Positions 48,994 through 58,355 of a stretch of 64,000 nt of DNA are shown here, piece by piece; position 1 is the stretch's first letter; each line of letters starts with the position of its first letter. A program made the position numbers and the translations under genes. The notes beneath the pieces were generated by a model. It was given only the letters and a program-made list of their open reading frames with translations. It made no database searches and was not told the origin of the DNA. The stretch is from an uncultured Candidatus Entotheonella sp. GTDB lineage: Bacteria > Tectomicrobia > Entotheonellia > Entotheonellales > Entotheonellaceae. The stretch is from assembly GCA_965217185.1 (NCBI GenBank), contig OZ244252.1:704001-768000 (forward strand). The letters are read 5' to 3'.

Positions 48994-49722
48994 TCATGCT
49001 GCGGGTCGGGACAGTTCCCGGACGTGCGGCTTGCCGTCGATGAGCTCGCCAACCAGCACCAGATCGGCGAGGCCCACGAACAGGCCGTTTTCGACAACGC
49101 CGGGGATGTTGTTCAAAGTCCGTTCGAGGTGCGCGGGGTCGTCGATGGCATTGAAGGTGACGTCCAGCAGCATGTTGCCCTGGTCGGTGATCAGGGGGCC
49201 GATTTTCTTCGCGCCCATGCGCAGTTGCGGACGCCCACCCAAGCGCTCGATGGCGCGTGTTACGGGTACGACGGCCATCGGCAGCAGCTCGATTGGCACA
49301 GCGAACGTCGAGCCGAGACGCTGCACCAGTTTCTTGCCATCGACGATGACGATAAACAGATCGGCGTGGGCGTCGATGATTTTCTCCTGGGTGTGGGCTG
49401 CGCCACCGCCTTTGATCAATGCCAAGTTCGGGTCTACCTCGTCGGCGCCGTCGATGGCGACGTGGATGCAGGGCGCATCGTCCATGGTGGTGAGGGGAAT
49501 GCCGTGGCGTCTTGCCAGGTTGGCGGCGTCGAAGGACGTGGGAACGCCTCGAACGTCCGTGAGGTCGCCCGTCCGCAGACGCTGGCCGAGGTGCTCGATG
49601 GCGAATGCCGCGGTGGAGCCGGTGCCGAGTCCGACCACACTGCCGGACGCCACGAGGGCAGCGGCGGCCTGTCCGACGGCACTTTTCAGCAGTTGTTGCG
49701 TGTCGGGGTTGCTGTCGTTCAT
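48994..49722 (-). CDS. rpiA: Ribose-5-phosphate isomerase A
   Basis: [40 protein letters not shown]. Confidence 0.97.
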   Translation of the reverse strand: MNDSNPDTQQLLKSAVGQAAAALVASGSVVGLGTGSTAAFAIEHLGQRLRTGDLTDVRGVPTSFDAANLARRHGIPLTTMDDAPCIHVAIDGADEVDPNLALIKGGGAAHTQEKIIDAHADLFIVIVDGKKLVQRLGSTFAVPIELLPMAVVPVTRAIERLGGRPQLRMGAKKIGPLITDQGNMLLDVTFNAIDDPAHLERTLNNIPGVVENGLFVGLADLVLVGELIDGKPHVRELSRPAA

Positions 49723-49813
49723 GGCTGTTTCCTTTGCATCATGGCGGTTTGCCTCCGGCGTTCCGGCGCTCCTAGAATATCCTAATCCGCTACCTGTACC
49801 TGGAGACTAAAAC

Positions 49814-50953
49814 ATGCACCCCTCTGAAGATCCGCAACGTTCCTGCTACGAGTCCGTCAGGCGCTGGCGCCTGTGGGCCTTGGGGCTTCTTCTCCTGGCG
49901 CTCGTCTGGCTATTCGTGAGCCGTTTCGGCTTCAACGTGTACGACCCCGACGCGGTGCCGCGGGCCATCACGCCGCGGGGCGAGTTGGCGCAGGACGAGC
50001 AGACGACGATCGATCTGTTCCGCAACGCCTCGCCGTCCGTCGTTTACATCACGACGGTGGCTCTGCGGACGGACCGTTACAGCCTCAACATGTTCGAAAT
50101 TCCGCAGGGTACCGGATCGGGGTTCGTGTGGGACGACGAGGGGCACATCATCACGAATTTTCACGTCATTCAAGGCGCCAGCGCCGCCCGGGTAACCCTG
50201 GCAGATCACACCACGTGGGAGGCGCGGCTGGCTGGTGCGGCGCCTGACCAGGACCTCGCCATGCTGTACATCAACGCGCCGAGCCATCGCCTGCGGCCGA
50301 TTGCGATCGGCACCTCCACCGGCCTGCAGGTCGGACAAAAAGTATTCGCCATCGGTAACCCGTTTGGGCTGGATCAAACGCTGACGACGGGCATCATCAG
50401 CGCCTTGGGACGAGAGATTACCTCGGTTACGGGAAGGACGATCACGGGCGTCATTCAGACGGACGCAGCGATCAATCCGGGCAATTCGGGCGGCCCGTTG
50501 CTGGATAGCGCCAGCCGGCTGATCGGCGTCAACACGGCGATTTACAGCCCGTCAGGCTCCAGCGCCGGCATCGGTTTTGCGGTGCCGGTGGATACCGTCA
50601 ATCGGGTTGTACCGCAGTTGTTGCGTCACGGCAGGGTCGTGCGTCCGGGCATCGGTGCGCGCTTTACCGACGACGACACAGCGCGGCGGCTGGGCCTGTC
50701 CGGCGTTCTGGTTCTCGACGTGATCGAGTCCGGCGCCGCGGAGGCCGCCGGACTGCGGGGCACGGGACGCGACGCGCAGGGCAGATTGGTCCTGGGCGAC
50801 GTCATTGTGAGCGTGGAGACGCACCAAGTGGCATCCCTGAACGATTTCCACGACGCTTTGGCGGCCTTCGAGGTGGGCGCTACCGTGCAGGTGACCTTCA
50901 TCCGCAACGCCCAGCGCCGTAGCATGCCGGTAACCCTCCAGGCGTTGCCGTGA
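49814..50953 (+). CDS. HtrA/DegP-family serine protease (TM, trypsin, PDZ)
   Basis: GSGFVW, TNFHVI, DLA, IQTDAAINPGNSGGPL. Confidence 0.95.
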   Translation: MHPSEDPQRSCYESVRRWRLWALGLLLLALVWLFVSRFGFNVYDPDAVPRAITPRGELAQDEQTTIDLFRNASPSVVYITTVALRTDRYSLNMFEIPQGTGSGFVWDDEGHIITNFHVIQGASAARVTLADHTTWEARLAGAAPDQDLAMLYINAPSHRLRPIAIGTSTGLQVGQKVFAIGNPFGLDQTLTTGIISALGREITSVTGRTITGVIQTDAAINPGNSGGPLLDSASRLIGVNTAIYSPSGSSAGIGFAVPVDTVNRVVPQLLRHGRVVRPGIGARFTDDDTARRLGLSGVLVLDVIESGAAEAAGLRGTGRDAQGRLVLGDVIVSVETHQVASLNDFHDALAAFEVGATVQVTFIRNAQRRSMPVTLQALP

Positions 50954-51068
50954 AGAATAGGAGATTCGGCTTGCCGCGCGTACGTCGGCGTCGGACGGAA
51001 TCGTGGTTTCGTTTGCGCTGCGCTGATCCGTAAGAGGAGATAGGCTCTTCAGTAGCCTGGGTGAGAGA

Positions 51069-51830
51069 TTAAATACCCGTAGGCGTTTGGGCGGATAGCT
51101 TGATATCGAAAGCGGCAGGTTTATCTTCCCCGAACCGAATAACTGATTTTTCCCGGAATGATACCGGAATGTCCAACTGCCGCCAGCCTGTTGATTCTTC
51201 TTGGACTGCTTCAATCCGTGTCAGGACTTCTTCATCAACGTCATTCCTGATGTGGAAGAAGACATTGTTTGGTCGACTCTCACATTCAATAAACCCATAC
51301 CCCTTTTCTTTATTAAAGTTGATGATCTTCCCCTGCAATGACTCTTCGCTGAGCGCCACGGCTCGCGGAGATTTGATGGTTTTTTCCATGTCTTGCAAGC
51401 GTCGGATATTCTCTTCGAGATCGAAGAACTCGAAAGAGAAGTTGCGGGTCAGCCGTATACCAACAACGCGACGATACTTGTAAGCACGATTGAATACCAG
51501 CGTCAAGAGTGCGGCATAGACCAGCGTGGCAGCGCCCTGTTCAATATCAGCCGTAGGGTCGGCCTCCAAATACACCGCTTTAGGAACGATGATGTTTTTC
51601 TTTTGAACGTAAGCGAAGTCACGCTGCTTTGTCACATCGTCTTTATTGGCCGTGATTTGCATGCCGATATGCTCCGGTAGCCGTGCCACATCTCGAAAGC
51701 CGTTCACGATGAAGTCGAGCTTGTACTGGTGATCGTACGTTTGATCGTAGTAGATACGGCATCCCAACGCTTCAAGTTTGGTGCGTAGACGTTCCTCAAA
51801 GTTGATCCCGTGAATGAAAGGACGATTCAT
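51069..51830 (-). CDS. Cold-shock-domain protein with uncharacterised N-terminal domain
   Basis: C-terminal GKIINFNKEKGYGFI (RNP1), VFFHI (RNP2); GAAGGAG RBS; lower GC. Confidence 0.75.
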   Translation of the reverse strand: MNRPFIHGINFEERLRTKLEALGCRIYYDQTYDHQYKLDFIVNGFRDVARLPEHIGMQITANKDDVTKQRDFAYVQKKNIIVPKAVYLEADPTADIEQGAATLVYAALLTLVFNRAYKYRRVVGIRLTRNFSFEFFDLEENIRRLQDMEKTIKSPRAVALSEESLQGKIINFNKEKGYGFIECESRPNNVFFHIRNDVDEEVLTRIEAVQEESTGWRQLDIPVSFREKSVIRFGEDKPAAFDIKLSAQTPTGI

Positions 51831-51945
51831 TGAGATATCTCCTTCGTGTTACACACCAAAGAGGACAATATCTCGCGCCTGGGACCAGGGTCGGGCAAAC
51901 GGAATTTTGCGATTGTCACAGAGCGGAGGTTAGCTCAGGACGGCT

Positions 51946-51974
51946 AGAATAGCAGAGCGCTTTTGGGGGCGCAA
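51946..51974 (-). promoter_or_regulatory. Candidate sigma70 promoter of the CSD-fusion gene
   Basis: Minus strand TTGCGC-N17-TATTCT with extended TG. Confidence 0.5.
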
Positions 51975-52156
51975 ATGTCGCGCGAGCGCGCGGGAAGGGG
52001 GGCGTTCTCGGTCGTTCCCGGGTCCGTAGGAGTGTTAGGAACTCCGTTGCGGCAAATTGACAGGGCCATGTGGGTTCTCTACATTGGTTGTTCTGGCGTT
52101 TCCTCAGAACAGAGGGAAATCAGAGGCTTTTGTCTTTCTCGAAGTGGGGGAGTGGT

Positions 52157-53266
52157 GTGAATCACAGCAGGTCAGGATGGATAATTGGCGCGGTATTGGG
52201 TTTGGTTCTTATGCTGGGTAGCGATGCGTGGTCGCAGGATATGCAGCCGTTTGATCTGCCGGCGTGTGCCCGTGATGCTGCGACGGACGTGGTGCTCAAT
52301 GACCGGATGCTGGATGCCATGATTGAGGCGGCTGCCACCGGGATTCTACCGGACCGCCAACAAGAGAAATTCTTCATCGTGTTGCAGCATTATCTGGGCT
52401 CGAGCGGAAACTTGTTATTCGTCTCCCGAACGGTGGGCGAGGGACTCGTTTTATGGCGCGACGATTGCGAGCCTGATCCGAACGCTGACACCCATGTGCA
52501 AGCCTATGTGCGCGGCCTGACGGCGCAGCAACAACTCGCCTTGGTGACCTACCGCGACTTGGTGGCGACGTTTGACGTGGAGCCTGCGGCGCCCGAGATG
52601 TCGTTAATGCCGTCAATGGAAGACATGGTGCGCATTCCGGCCGGTGCCTTTCAGCGCGGCGACGGCACGACGGTGGCGCTGGAGGCATTCGCCATAGACG
52701 TGTACGAGGTGACCAATGCCGAATACCAACGCTTCATTGCCGACGGTGGGTATGCCGAGGCCGTCTACTGGCTGCCGGAAGGGTGGGCCTGGCGCGAAGG
52801 CAAGAAACGCGAGCAGCCCAGTTATTGGAACAACGAGGATTCCAACGCCGCCCAGCAACCCGTGGTTGGCGTGACGTGGTATGAGGCCGATGCGTATTGT
52901 CGTTGGGCCGGCAAGTCGCTCCCCGATGAGCCGCAGTGGGACAAAGCATGCCGGGGCATTGACGGCCGCGCCTTTCCGTGGGGCAGCGAGCCGCTTGCGG
53001 GGGAGGGAACCGGGCAGTCGTCCTTCACCCTGCCGGTTGCCGTGGGGGACATGCCGCAGACACCGAGTCCGTACGGCGTCTACGATCTGGCCGGTAACGT
53101 TTTGGAGTGGAGTGGCACGGCGAATGATCGGGGCGGCCGCGTGTTGTGCGGCGGCTCCGGCGCCAGCGATTCGCGTCACGTCGGGTGCGGCGTGCGGTCG
53201 GTCCTGCTGCCGGGTGTTTCGGCGAACTTCGTCGGGTTTCGCTGCCAACAGGCCGCGGCTCAATAA
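52157..53266 (+). CDS. Secreted FGE-sulfatase (SUMF1/EgtB/PvdO) domain protein
   Basis: Signal peptide; YEVTNAEY, PVVGVTWYEA.AYC.W, YDLAGNVLEW, VGFRC. Confidence 0.88.
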   Translation: MNHSRSGWIIGAVLGLVLMLGSDAWSQDMQPFDLPACARDAATDVVLNDRMLDAMIEAAATGILPDRQQEKFFIVLQHYLGSSGNLLFVSRTVGEGLVLWRDDCEPDPNADTHVQAYVRGLTAQQQLALVTYRDLVATFDVEPAAPEMSLMPSMEDMVRIPAGAFQRGDGTTVALEAFAIDVYEVTNAEYQRFIADGGYAEAVYWLPEGWAWREGKKREQPSYWNNEDSNAAQQPVVGVTWYEADAYCRWAGKSLPDEPQWDKACRGIDGRAFPWGSEPLAGEGTGQSSFTLPVAVGDMPQTPSPYGVYDLAGNVLEWSGTANDRGGRVLCGGSGASDSRHVGCGVRSVLLPGVSANFVGFRCQQAAAQ

Positions 53267-54090
53267 GCCTGCCCCATGTAGGCCGGGTTGAGGTGTCCCA
53301 TGCCGCCGTCCACGCTGATCACTTGGCCGGTGACGAAATCCGACAGGTCCGTGGCGAGGAATTCAATCACCTTGGCGCAGTCCTCGGGTTGGCCGATGCG
53401 GCCCATGGGGATTTGCGTGATCAGTTCGTCCTGGATTTTTCCCAGCCCGCCCATCCAATTAACGGTTGCCACGTATCCGGGCGCGATGGCGTTGACGTTG
53501 ATGCCGTAGCACGCAAGTTCCAGGGCCAACGCGCGGGTCAGTTGAATGACGCCGGCCTTCGCTACGGCGTACGGGGCGAGCACCGGCATCAATGGCCGCA
53601 AGCCGGCTACTGAGGCGACGTTGATGATCTTGCCGCGGCGGCGCTGTTGCATGTGGCGACCGACGGCGCGGCAACACAAGAAGGCCGAGTGCAGGTTTTT
53701 CGCCATTACCGTGTTCCACACCTCGGGTGGGCACTCGGTCACGCTTTGGCTGCCGCGCCCGCCGCCGGCGTTGTTGATCAGAACATCGATGTGACCGAAC
53801 GCGGCCAGGGCTTCGTCGACCAATCGCTCGACCGCGTTCTCGCAGGTGACGTCGGCGGCAATGCCGATGGCCTGCCGTCCCAGTTGGCGGATTTCTTCCA
53901 CCACCGAGCTGGCCGTCAGGGGTTCGCTGACCTGTTCGGCGGAAGCCAGGTCGACGTCATTGACGACGATGTCGGCGCCCAATTGCGCCAGCCGCAGCGC
54001 GTAGGCTCGTCCCAACCCGCGTCCCGCCCCGGTTATCAAGGCCACTTGCCCCCGCAGACGCGGCGGGAAATACCCCGCATCGTTTTCCAT
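53260..54090 (-). CDS. SDR oxidoreductase
   Basis: TGAGRGLG, NNAG, YAVAK, NAIAPG; start ATG 54090. Confidence 0.92.
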   Translation of the reverse strand: MENDAGYFPPRLRGQVALITGAGRGLGRAYALRLAQLGADIVVNDVDLASAEQVSEPLTASSVVEEIRQLGRQAIGIAADVTCENAVERLVDEALAAFGHIDVLINNAGGGRGSQSVTECPPEVWNTVMAKNLHSAFLCCRAVGRHMQQRRRGKIINVASVAGLRPLMPVLAPYAVAKAGVIQLTRALALELACYGINVNAIAPGYVATVNWMGGLGKIQDELITQIPMGRIGQPEDCAKVIEFLATDLSDFVTGQVISVDGGMGHLNPAYMGQAY

Positions 54091-54163
54091 TTCTAATCCT
54101 TTCCTCGTTTTCAGTATGGCTCGCCGTTCTCGACACCAGATGGCTGGTGCAGTGGTCCGGAAT

Positions 54164-55378
54164 TCAACCGCACCCGCGTGACCCCAGGCGTGAGAGGCGA
54201 TGCTCGGCTTGGCTGTGGATGTTGTCGACGTCGCGTTCTCGCAGCAAGGTGCAGTAGAGCTGGCGAGCGGTTTCGACCGATCCGCGCTGCTCGTACAGGG
54301 TGGCCAGGTAGAACTTCGCCCACAAACTTTCGTCCCGGGTTGTGCGCGGGTCGTTATTGATGGCGCCGCGGAACGCCTCGAAAGCCAATTCAGGCTGATC
54401 GGTGTCCAGCAGGGCCCGGCCCCAGGTGTAATACAGATCAAAACGGTCATCCGCATCGACGAGCGCATCGGGCCGCTCCGCCAGGGTCGTTGCCAAGGCG
54501 CCCAGCGTGGTGGCGGCTTGCGCTTTATCGCCGTGCTCGAACTGGCTGCGTCCGGTCAGCAGACTGAAGTAGCCGTTGTCGGGATATGCCTGGTGCAACG
54601 ACTGGCCGAGGGGGATAGCTTCGCGGTAGCGCTTCTCCGTGACGTACAACTGGAGCAGAAACGCCCGCGACAAATCCTGGCTGAACCGCCCGGCTTCGGC
54701 GGCGCGCCGGAAGTGATGGACGGCGTCCTCGGCACCTTGCAGAGCAGTGCCGCCCAGCAGGCGCTGCACCAGAGATGGGACGTTATCTCCGACGAAGTAA
54801 AGCATCCCCAGGCCCAGATGGGCATCGCTCATGGCCTCGTCGGACAGGAGTGATTTTTCCAGCCAGGAACGTCCTTGCGCGGCGAGTTGCAGCGGGGCCC
54901 ATGGCGCTTCCTGCTGCGGTAGCAGGGCATCAAAAACGGCGGCCAATCCCACCATCAATTGCAACCGGCCTTGGCGGGGCGACTCGGCGAGTTGCCGCTG
55001 ACCATCTTGCAGAATTTGCGCGAAAAACTTACGTGCGGTGACGTGTGCCGGGGGGCGCTGGCGGGTTTGCCAATGCGTTTGCAGATAGGCTATGATGCCC
55101 CGCGTCAATTGCGTTTCAAGGGTCTCTCGGCCATCGGGTTCCGCACGGCTGATGGCGTCGTGAGCCTGAGAAAAACGCAGGTGCAACGCCTCCTGCACGG
55201 CGTCTCTCATGGTGCTGAAAGGTAGCTCGGGGGCGGCCTCGTGGGAATCGGCGAGGCCCAGTTCCGCCGCGCCGGGCCGCAGGCACATGAATAGCGCAAG
55301 GATTGCCAGAAGGGTTCGACCGCGCCGTTTCACATTTGCCCCCACATGCCATCTGTGTCCGCACCATAGCTCGGTCAT
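54164..55378 (-). CDS. Exported TPR-repeat protein (start uncertain)
   Basis: Signal-like segment, helical TPR-like repeats (DAHLGLGMLY, FYLATLYEQ). Confidence 0.7.
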   Translation of the reverse strand: MTELWCGHRWHVGANVKRRGRTLLAILALFMCLRPGAAELGLADSHEAAPELPFSTMRDAVQEALHLRFSQAHDAISRAEPDGRETLETQLTRGIIAYLQTHWQTRQRPPAHVTARKFFAQILQDGQRQLAESPRQGRLQLMVGLAAVFDALLPQQEAPWAPLQLAAQGRSWLEKSLLSDEAMSDAHLGLGMLYFVGDNVPSLVQRLLGGTALQGAEDAVHHFRRAAEAGRFSQDLSRAFLLQLYVTEKRYREAIPLGQSLHQAYPDNGYFSLLTGRSQFEHGDKAQAATTLGALATTLAERPDALVDADDRFDLYYTWGRALLDTDQPELAFEAFRGAINNDPRTTRDESLWAKFYLATLYEQRGSVETARQLYCTLLRERDVDNIHSQAEHRLSRLGSRGCG

Positions 55379-55475
55379 TCATTATAGATAGGTGATGCCG
55401 ATAGGGAAACCCAACGGCGGAGCCGCCATTGTTTGCCGTCTCTCGCGGGCCGCCATTCTCCGGGACGTTCCGACC

Positions 55476-55703
55476 ATGATGAAAACGTGCCCCCTGTGCC
55501 AGACAGAGATGCCCGAGCGCTACAATTATTGCTACCAATGCGGCGAGCATGTTGGCGAGACGGCGGCGCTGCCGGTTGACGTCGACCCGCAGGTCGCCGA
55601 GACGCAGCGGCGTCAGGAATGGGTCATCCAATACGGCTGTTTAACGCTCATCATTGTCTGGACAATCTTCGGGCTGTGGTTTTTCTTCAACATGAACCGT
55701 TAA
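55476..55703 (+). CDS. Zinc-ribbon protein with C-terminal TM helix
   Basis: CPLC...CYQCG followed by a hydrophobic tail. Confidence 0.7.
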   Translation: MMKTCPLCQTEMPERYNYCYQCGEHVGETAALPVDVDPQVAETQRRQEWVIQYGCLTLIIVWTIFGLWFFFNMNR

Positions 55704-55739
55704 CGGGCGGACCCTTGTCTGGGTCCCGGAGTCAGAGTT

Positions 55740-55991
55740 GTGCGACAAACACGGGATGAAGCGTGGAAGAAAATCCACACGGCTTTCAATGATGCGGAGT
55801 TGCACCTGATTACCGGCATCCTGGCCGGGGAGGGCCTGGAGTGGCGTATCAAGTCCCGGCGGGTGCCGCAATTGCCGGTGTCGCACGGCGCACTGGGGGA
55901 AACGGAGATCTACGTGCCTGAACCTGATGCCCCGTTCGCCCAGCGTATCTTGTTGATTTATCGCAACGCTTCGGCGGCTGGCGACACATGA
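55740..55991 (+). CDS. DUF2007-like (PII-like signal transducing) small protein
   Basis: W..I.TAFN..E..LI.GIL..EG....EIYVPE.D...A..IL. Confidence 0.65.
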   Translation: MRQTRDEAWKKIHTAFNDAELHLITGILAGEGLEWRIKSRRVPQLPVSHGALGETEIYVPEPDAPFAQRILLIYRNASAAGDT

Positions 55992-57151
55992 CGGAGGCTA
56001 TCATGCAGACCTATGACGTGATCGTTGTCGGTGTCGGGGGGATGGGCAGTGCGGCGGTGTATCATCTGGCGAAACGGGGCCAGCGGGTTCTGGGCCTTGA
56101 GCAGTACGACATTCCGCACCAGCAGGGATCGTCTCACGGCATCTCGCGGATCATCCGTTTGGCGTATTACGAGCACCCGTCCTATGTGCCGCTGTTGCAC
56201 CGCGCTTACGAACTGTGGTGGGCGCTGGAGCGGACCGTCCAGGAGCGCCTGTTGCACGTCACCGGCGCATTGAACATCGGCACCGAAACGAGTGAGGTAT
56301 TTGCGGGCGCGCTGAAGTCGGTGCAGGAGCACAACTTGGCGCACGAGATTCTGGAGGCCGAGGCGGTGCGCCGGCGATTCCCCGGCTACGGACTGCAGGC
56401 GCCGCTGATGGCTCTGTACGAGCCCCAGGCCGGACTTCTGGCGGCTGAACGGTGCATCGTGGCGCACGTGACGGCGGCCCTGCAACACGGCGCCGAAGTC
56501 CACGGCCGCGAGACCGTTGAGGGTTGGGAGACCAGCGATGCCGGCGTGGAGGTCCGAACCAATCGCGGCGTCTATCAGGCCGAGCGTCTGGTGTTGACGG
56601 CCGGCGCTTGGACCCATCGGCTTCTGGCGCGCTACCACGGCGTGCTACAGCCGGAGCGACAGGTGCTGATCTGGATGCAGCCACGCGTGCCAAGCGCCTT
56701 TCACATGGATGCGTTTCCGGTTTTCATCCTGGACGTTGAGGAAGGGCATTTTTACGGCATGCCGACCTACGGCATCCCCGGTTTCAAGATTGGTCGTTTT
56801 CGCCATTTGGAACAGCTTGTGGACGACCCTGCCACCATGGACCGGGGCTTTCACCCTGAGGACGAAGCCCTGCTGCGCGGCTTTGTGCGGCGCTATTTTC
56901 CGGACGGCGAGGGTCCGATTTTGTCCACGGCTACCTGCATGTTCACTAACTCCCCCGACGGTCATTTCGTCATCGACGTTCACCCCGAAGACCCGCGAGT
57001 AGTGTTCGCCGGCGGCTTTTCGGGACACGGCTTCAAATTCTGTCCCGTCATCGGCGAAATCCTGGCCGACCTGGCTGAGGACGGCGCCACTCGGCACGAT
57101 ATTTCCCTGTTCAGCGCCGCGCGTCTGGCCCCTTCCGCCGTCGAGAAATAG
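55988..57151 (+). CDS. solA: Monomeric sarcosine oxidase / N-methyltryptophan oxidase family
   Basis: VGVGGMGSA, GSSHG.SRIIR, C.FTNSPD.HF (FAD-Cys), GFSGHGFKF. Confidence 0.9.
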   Translation: MTEAIMQTYDVIVVGVGGMGSAAVYHLAKRGQRVLGLEQYDIPHQQGSSHGISRIIRLAYYEHPSYVPLLHRAYELWWALERTVQERLLHVTGALNIGTETSEVFAGALKSVQEHNLAHEILEAEAVRRRFPGYGLQAPLMALYEPQAGLLAAERCIVAHVTAALQHGAEVHGRETVEGWETSDAGVEVRTNRGVYQAERLVLTAGAWTHRLLARYHGVLQPERQVLIWMQPRVPSAFHMDAFPVFILDVEEGHFYGMPTYGIPGFKIGRFRHLEQLVDDPATMDRGFHPEDEALLRGFVRRYFPDGEGPILSTATCMFTNSPDGHFVIDVHPEDPRVVFAGGFSGHGFKFCPVIGEILADLAEDGATRHDISLFSAARLAPSAVEK

Positions 57152-57946
57152 ATGAGTTTGTCAGACTTGGAACGGCTGTTCGGCCTGCGTGGCAGAGTGG
57201 CGCTGGTCACCGGCGCTTCCAGCGGCTTGGGTAAGGAATTCGCCAGAGGTCTGGCGATGGCCGGCGCCGACGTCGCCGTCGTGGCGAGGCGGTTGGAGCG
57301 CTTGCAGGCGGTGGCCGCCGAGTTGGAGGCATTCGGTGTGCGGGCGCATCCCGTGCAGGCTGACCTCCAGCATGAGGAGCAGATCGAGGCGGCCGTCCGG
57401 GATGTCCATGAAACCCTGGGCCCCATTGACATCCTGGTCAACAACGCCGGGATTGCGCCCGTGGGCCGCGCCGAACGCCACGGCCTGGAAAAATGGCAGC
57501 AGGCGCTGGACGTCAATCTCACGGCGGTATTCTTGTGTTGCCAGCACGTCGGGCGCCGCATGATCGAGCGGGGTGAGGGCGGGCGCATCATCAATATCTC
57601 CTCGGTGCTCGGGGAAGGGGCTAACTCGGTGCACCGGACCGTCGGTTACGCCGCCACCAAGGGCGCCGTCACCAATCTGACCCGGCAATTGGCGGTCGAA
57701 TGGGCGCCCCACGGCATCACGGTAAACGCCCTGGCACCGTCCTGGTTTCCGACCGAAATGATCACCGATCCCCGCCTGGGCCGGGTGCACGACGAGCAGC
57801 GGGCTCGCATGGAGCAATTCACGCCCCTGGGGCGCCTGGGGAGGGAAGGGGAGTTGCTGGGCGCCATCATCTACCTCGCCGCGCCTTCCGCATCGTACGT
57901 GACCGGAACCGTGCTGCACGTTGACGGCGGCTGGCGGGCTTGGTAG
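57152..57946 (+). CDS. SDR oxidoreductase (gluconate 5-dehydrogenase-like)
   Basis: TGASSGLG, NNAG, YAATK, NALAP. Confidence 0.92.
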   Translation: MSLSDLERLFGLRGRVALVTGASSGLGKEFARGLAMAGADVAVVARRLERLQAVAAELEAFGVRAHPVQADLQHEEQIEAAVRDVHETLGPIDILVNNAGIAPVGRAERHGLEKWQQALDVNLTAVFLCCQHVGRRMIERGEGGRIINISSVLGEGANSVHRTVGYAATKGAVTNLTRQLAVEWAPHGITVNALAPSWFPTEMITDPRLGRVHDEQRARMEQFTPLGRLGREGELLGAIIYLAAPSASYVTGTVLHVDGGWRAW

Positions 57947-58037
57947 CTGGAGAAAATTCACTAGCCTTAACGCCTGACTTCCGAGAGGATACGTCTGTTG
58001 CCGGGCGGTTTCGTTCGATGCGGATCCAGATGGGGGC

Positions 58038-58067
58038 TTGCCCTGCGGAAAACACCTGTGGTAGAGT
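58038..58067 (+). promoter_or_regulatory. Sigma70 promoter of the cysH leader transcript
   Basis: TTGCCC-N18-TAGAGT with extended -10 TGn. Confidence 0.6.
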
Positions 58068-58109
58068 GCCCGTCACCATTCAGATCACTTCAAAAGGCAA
58101 CGACTGCTC

Positions 58110-58232
58110 ATGACGGATATTTCCACGACAAGTTACCGGTTTTCTTCCACGTCACTATGCACCCACGAGACTGGTGGTACGTGTTGTCGCGGCACGGTTT
58201 GCTGCGTGTGCCGGCCACGGGGGTGTGGATGA
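58110..58232 (+). CDS. Cys-rich leader peptide (40 aa, 7 Cys), putative cysH attenuator
   Basis: Manual translation MTDISTTSYRFSSTSLCTHETGGTCCRGTVCCVCRPRGCG*; not in the ORF track (under 60 aa). Confidence 0.7.
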   Translation: MTDISTTSYRFSSTSLCTHETGGTCCRGTVCCVCRPRGCG

Positions 58233-58257
58233 AGTAAGCTGTTTTGTCCGTCGTTAG

Positions 58258-58300
58258 AAAACGCCCGCTCCCTGCCGTAGGCGAGCGGGCGTTTTTTTAT
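58258..58300 (+). terminator. Intrinsic terminator in the cysH 5' leader
   Basis: AAAACGCCCGCTC-CCT-GCCGT-AGG-C-GAGCGGGCG-TTTTTTT. Confidence 0.88.
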
Positions 58301-58355
58301 CTTGTTGCCGGTTAAGTCCTGAGCCTCGGCATTGCATAGATGGAGGAGTTAAAGA

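Noticed and set aside
51923..51957. tRNA-like 5' fragment GCGGAGGTTAGCTCAGG...TAGA
   Set aside because: No anticodon or T arm (no TTCGA); partly overlaps the candidate promoter of the minus-strand gene
57998..58237. 79-aa ORF upstream of cysH
   Set aside because: TTG start lies upstream of the candidate promoter and there is no motif; the Cys-rich frame 58110-58232 explains the region better
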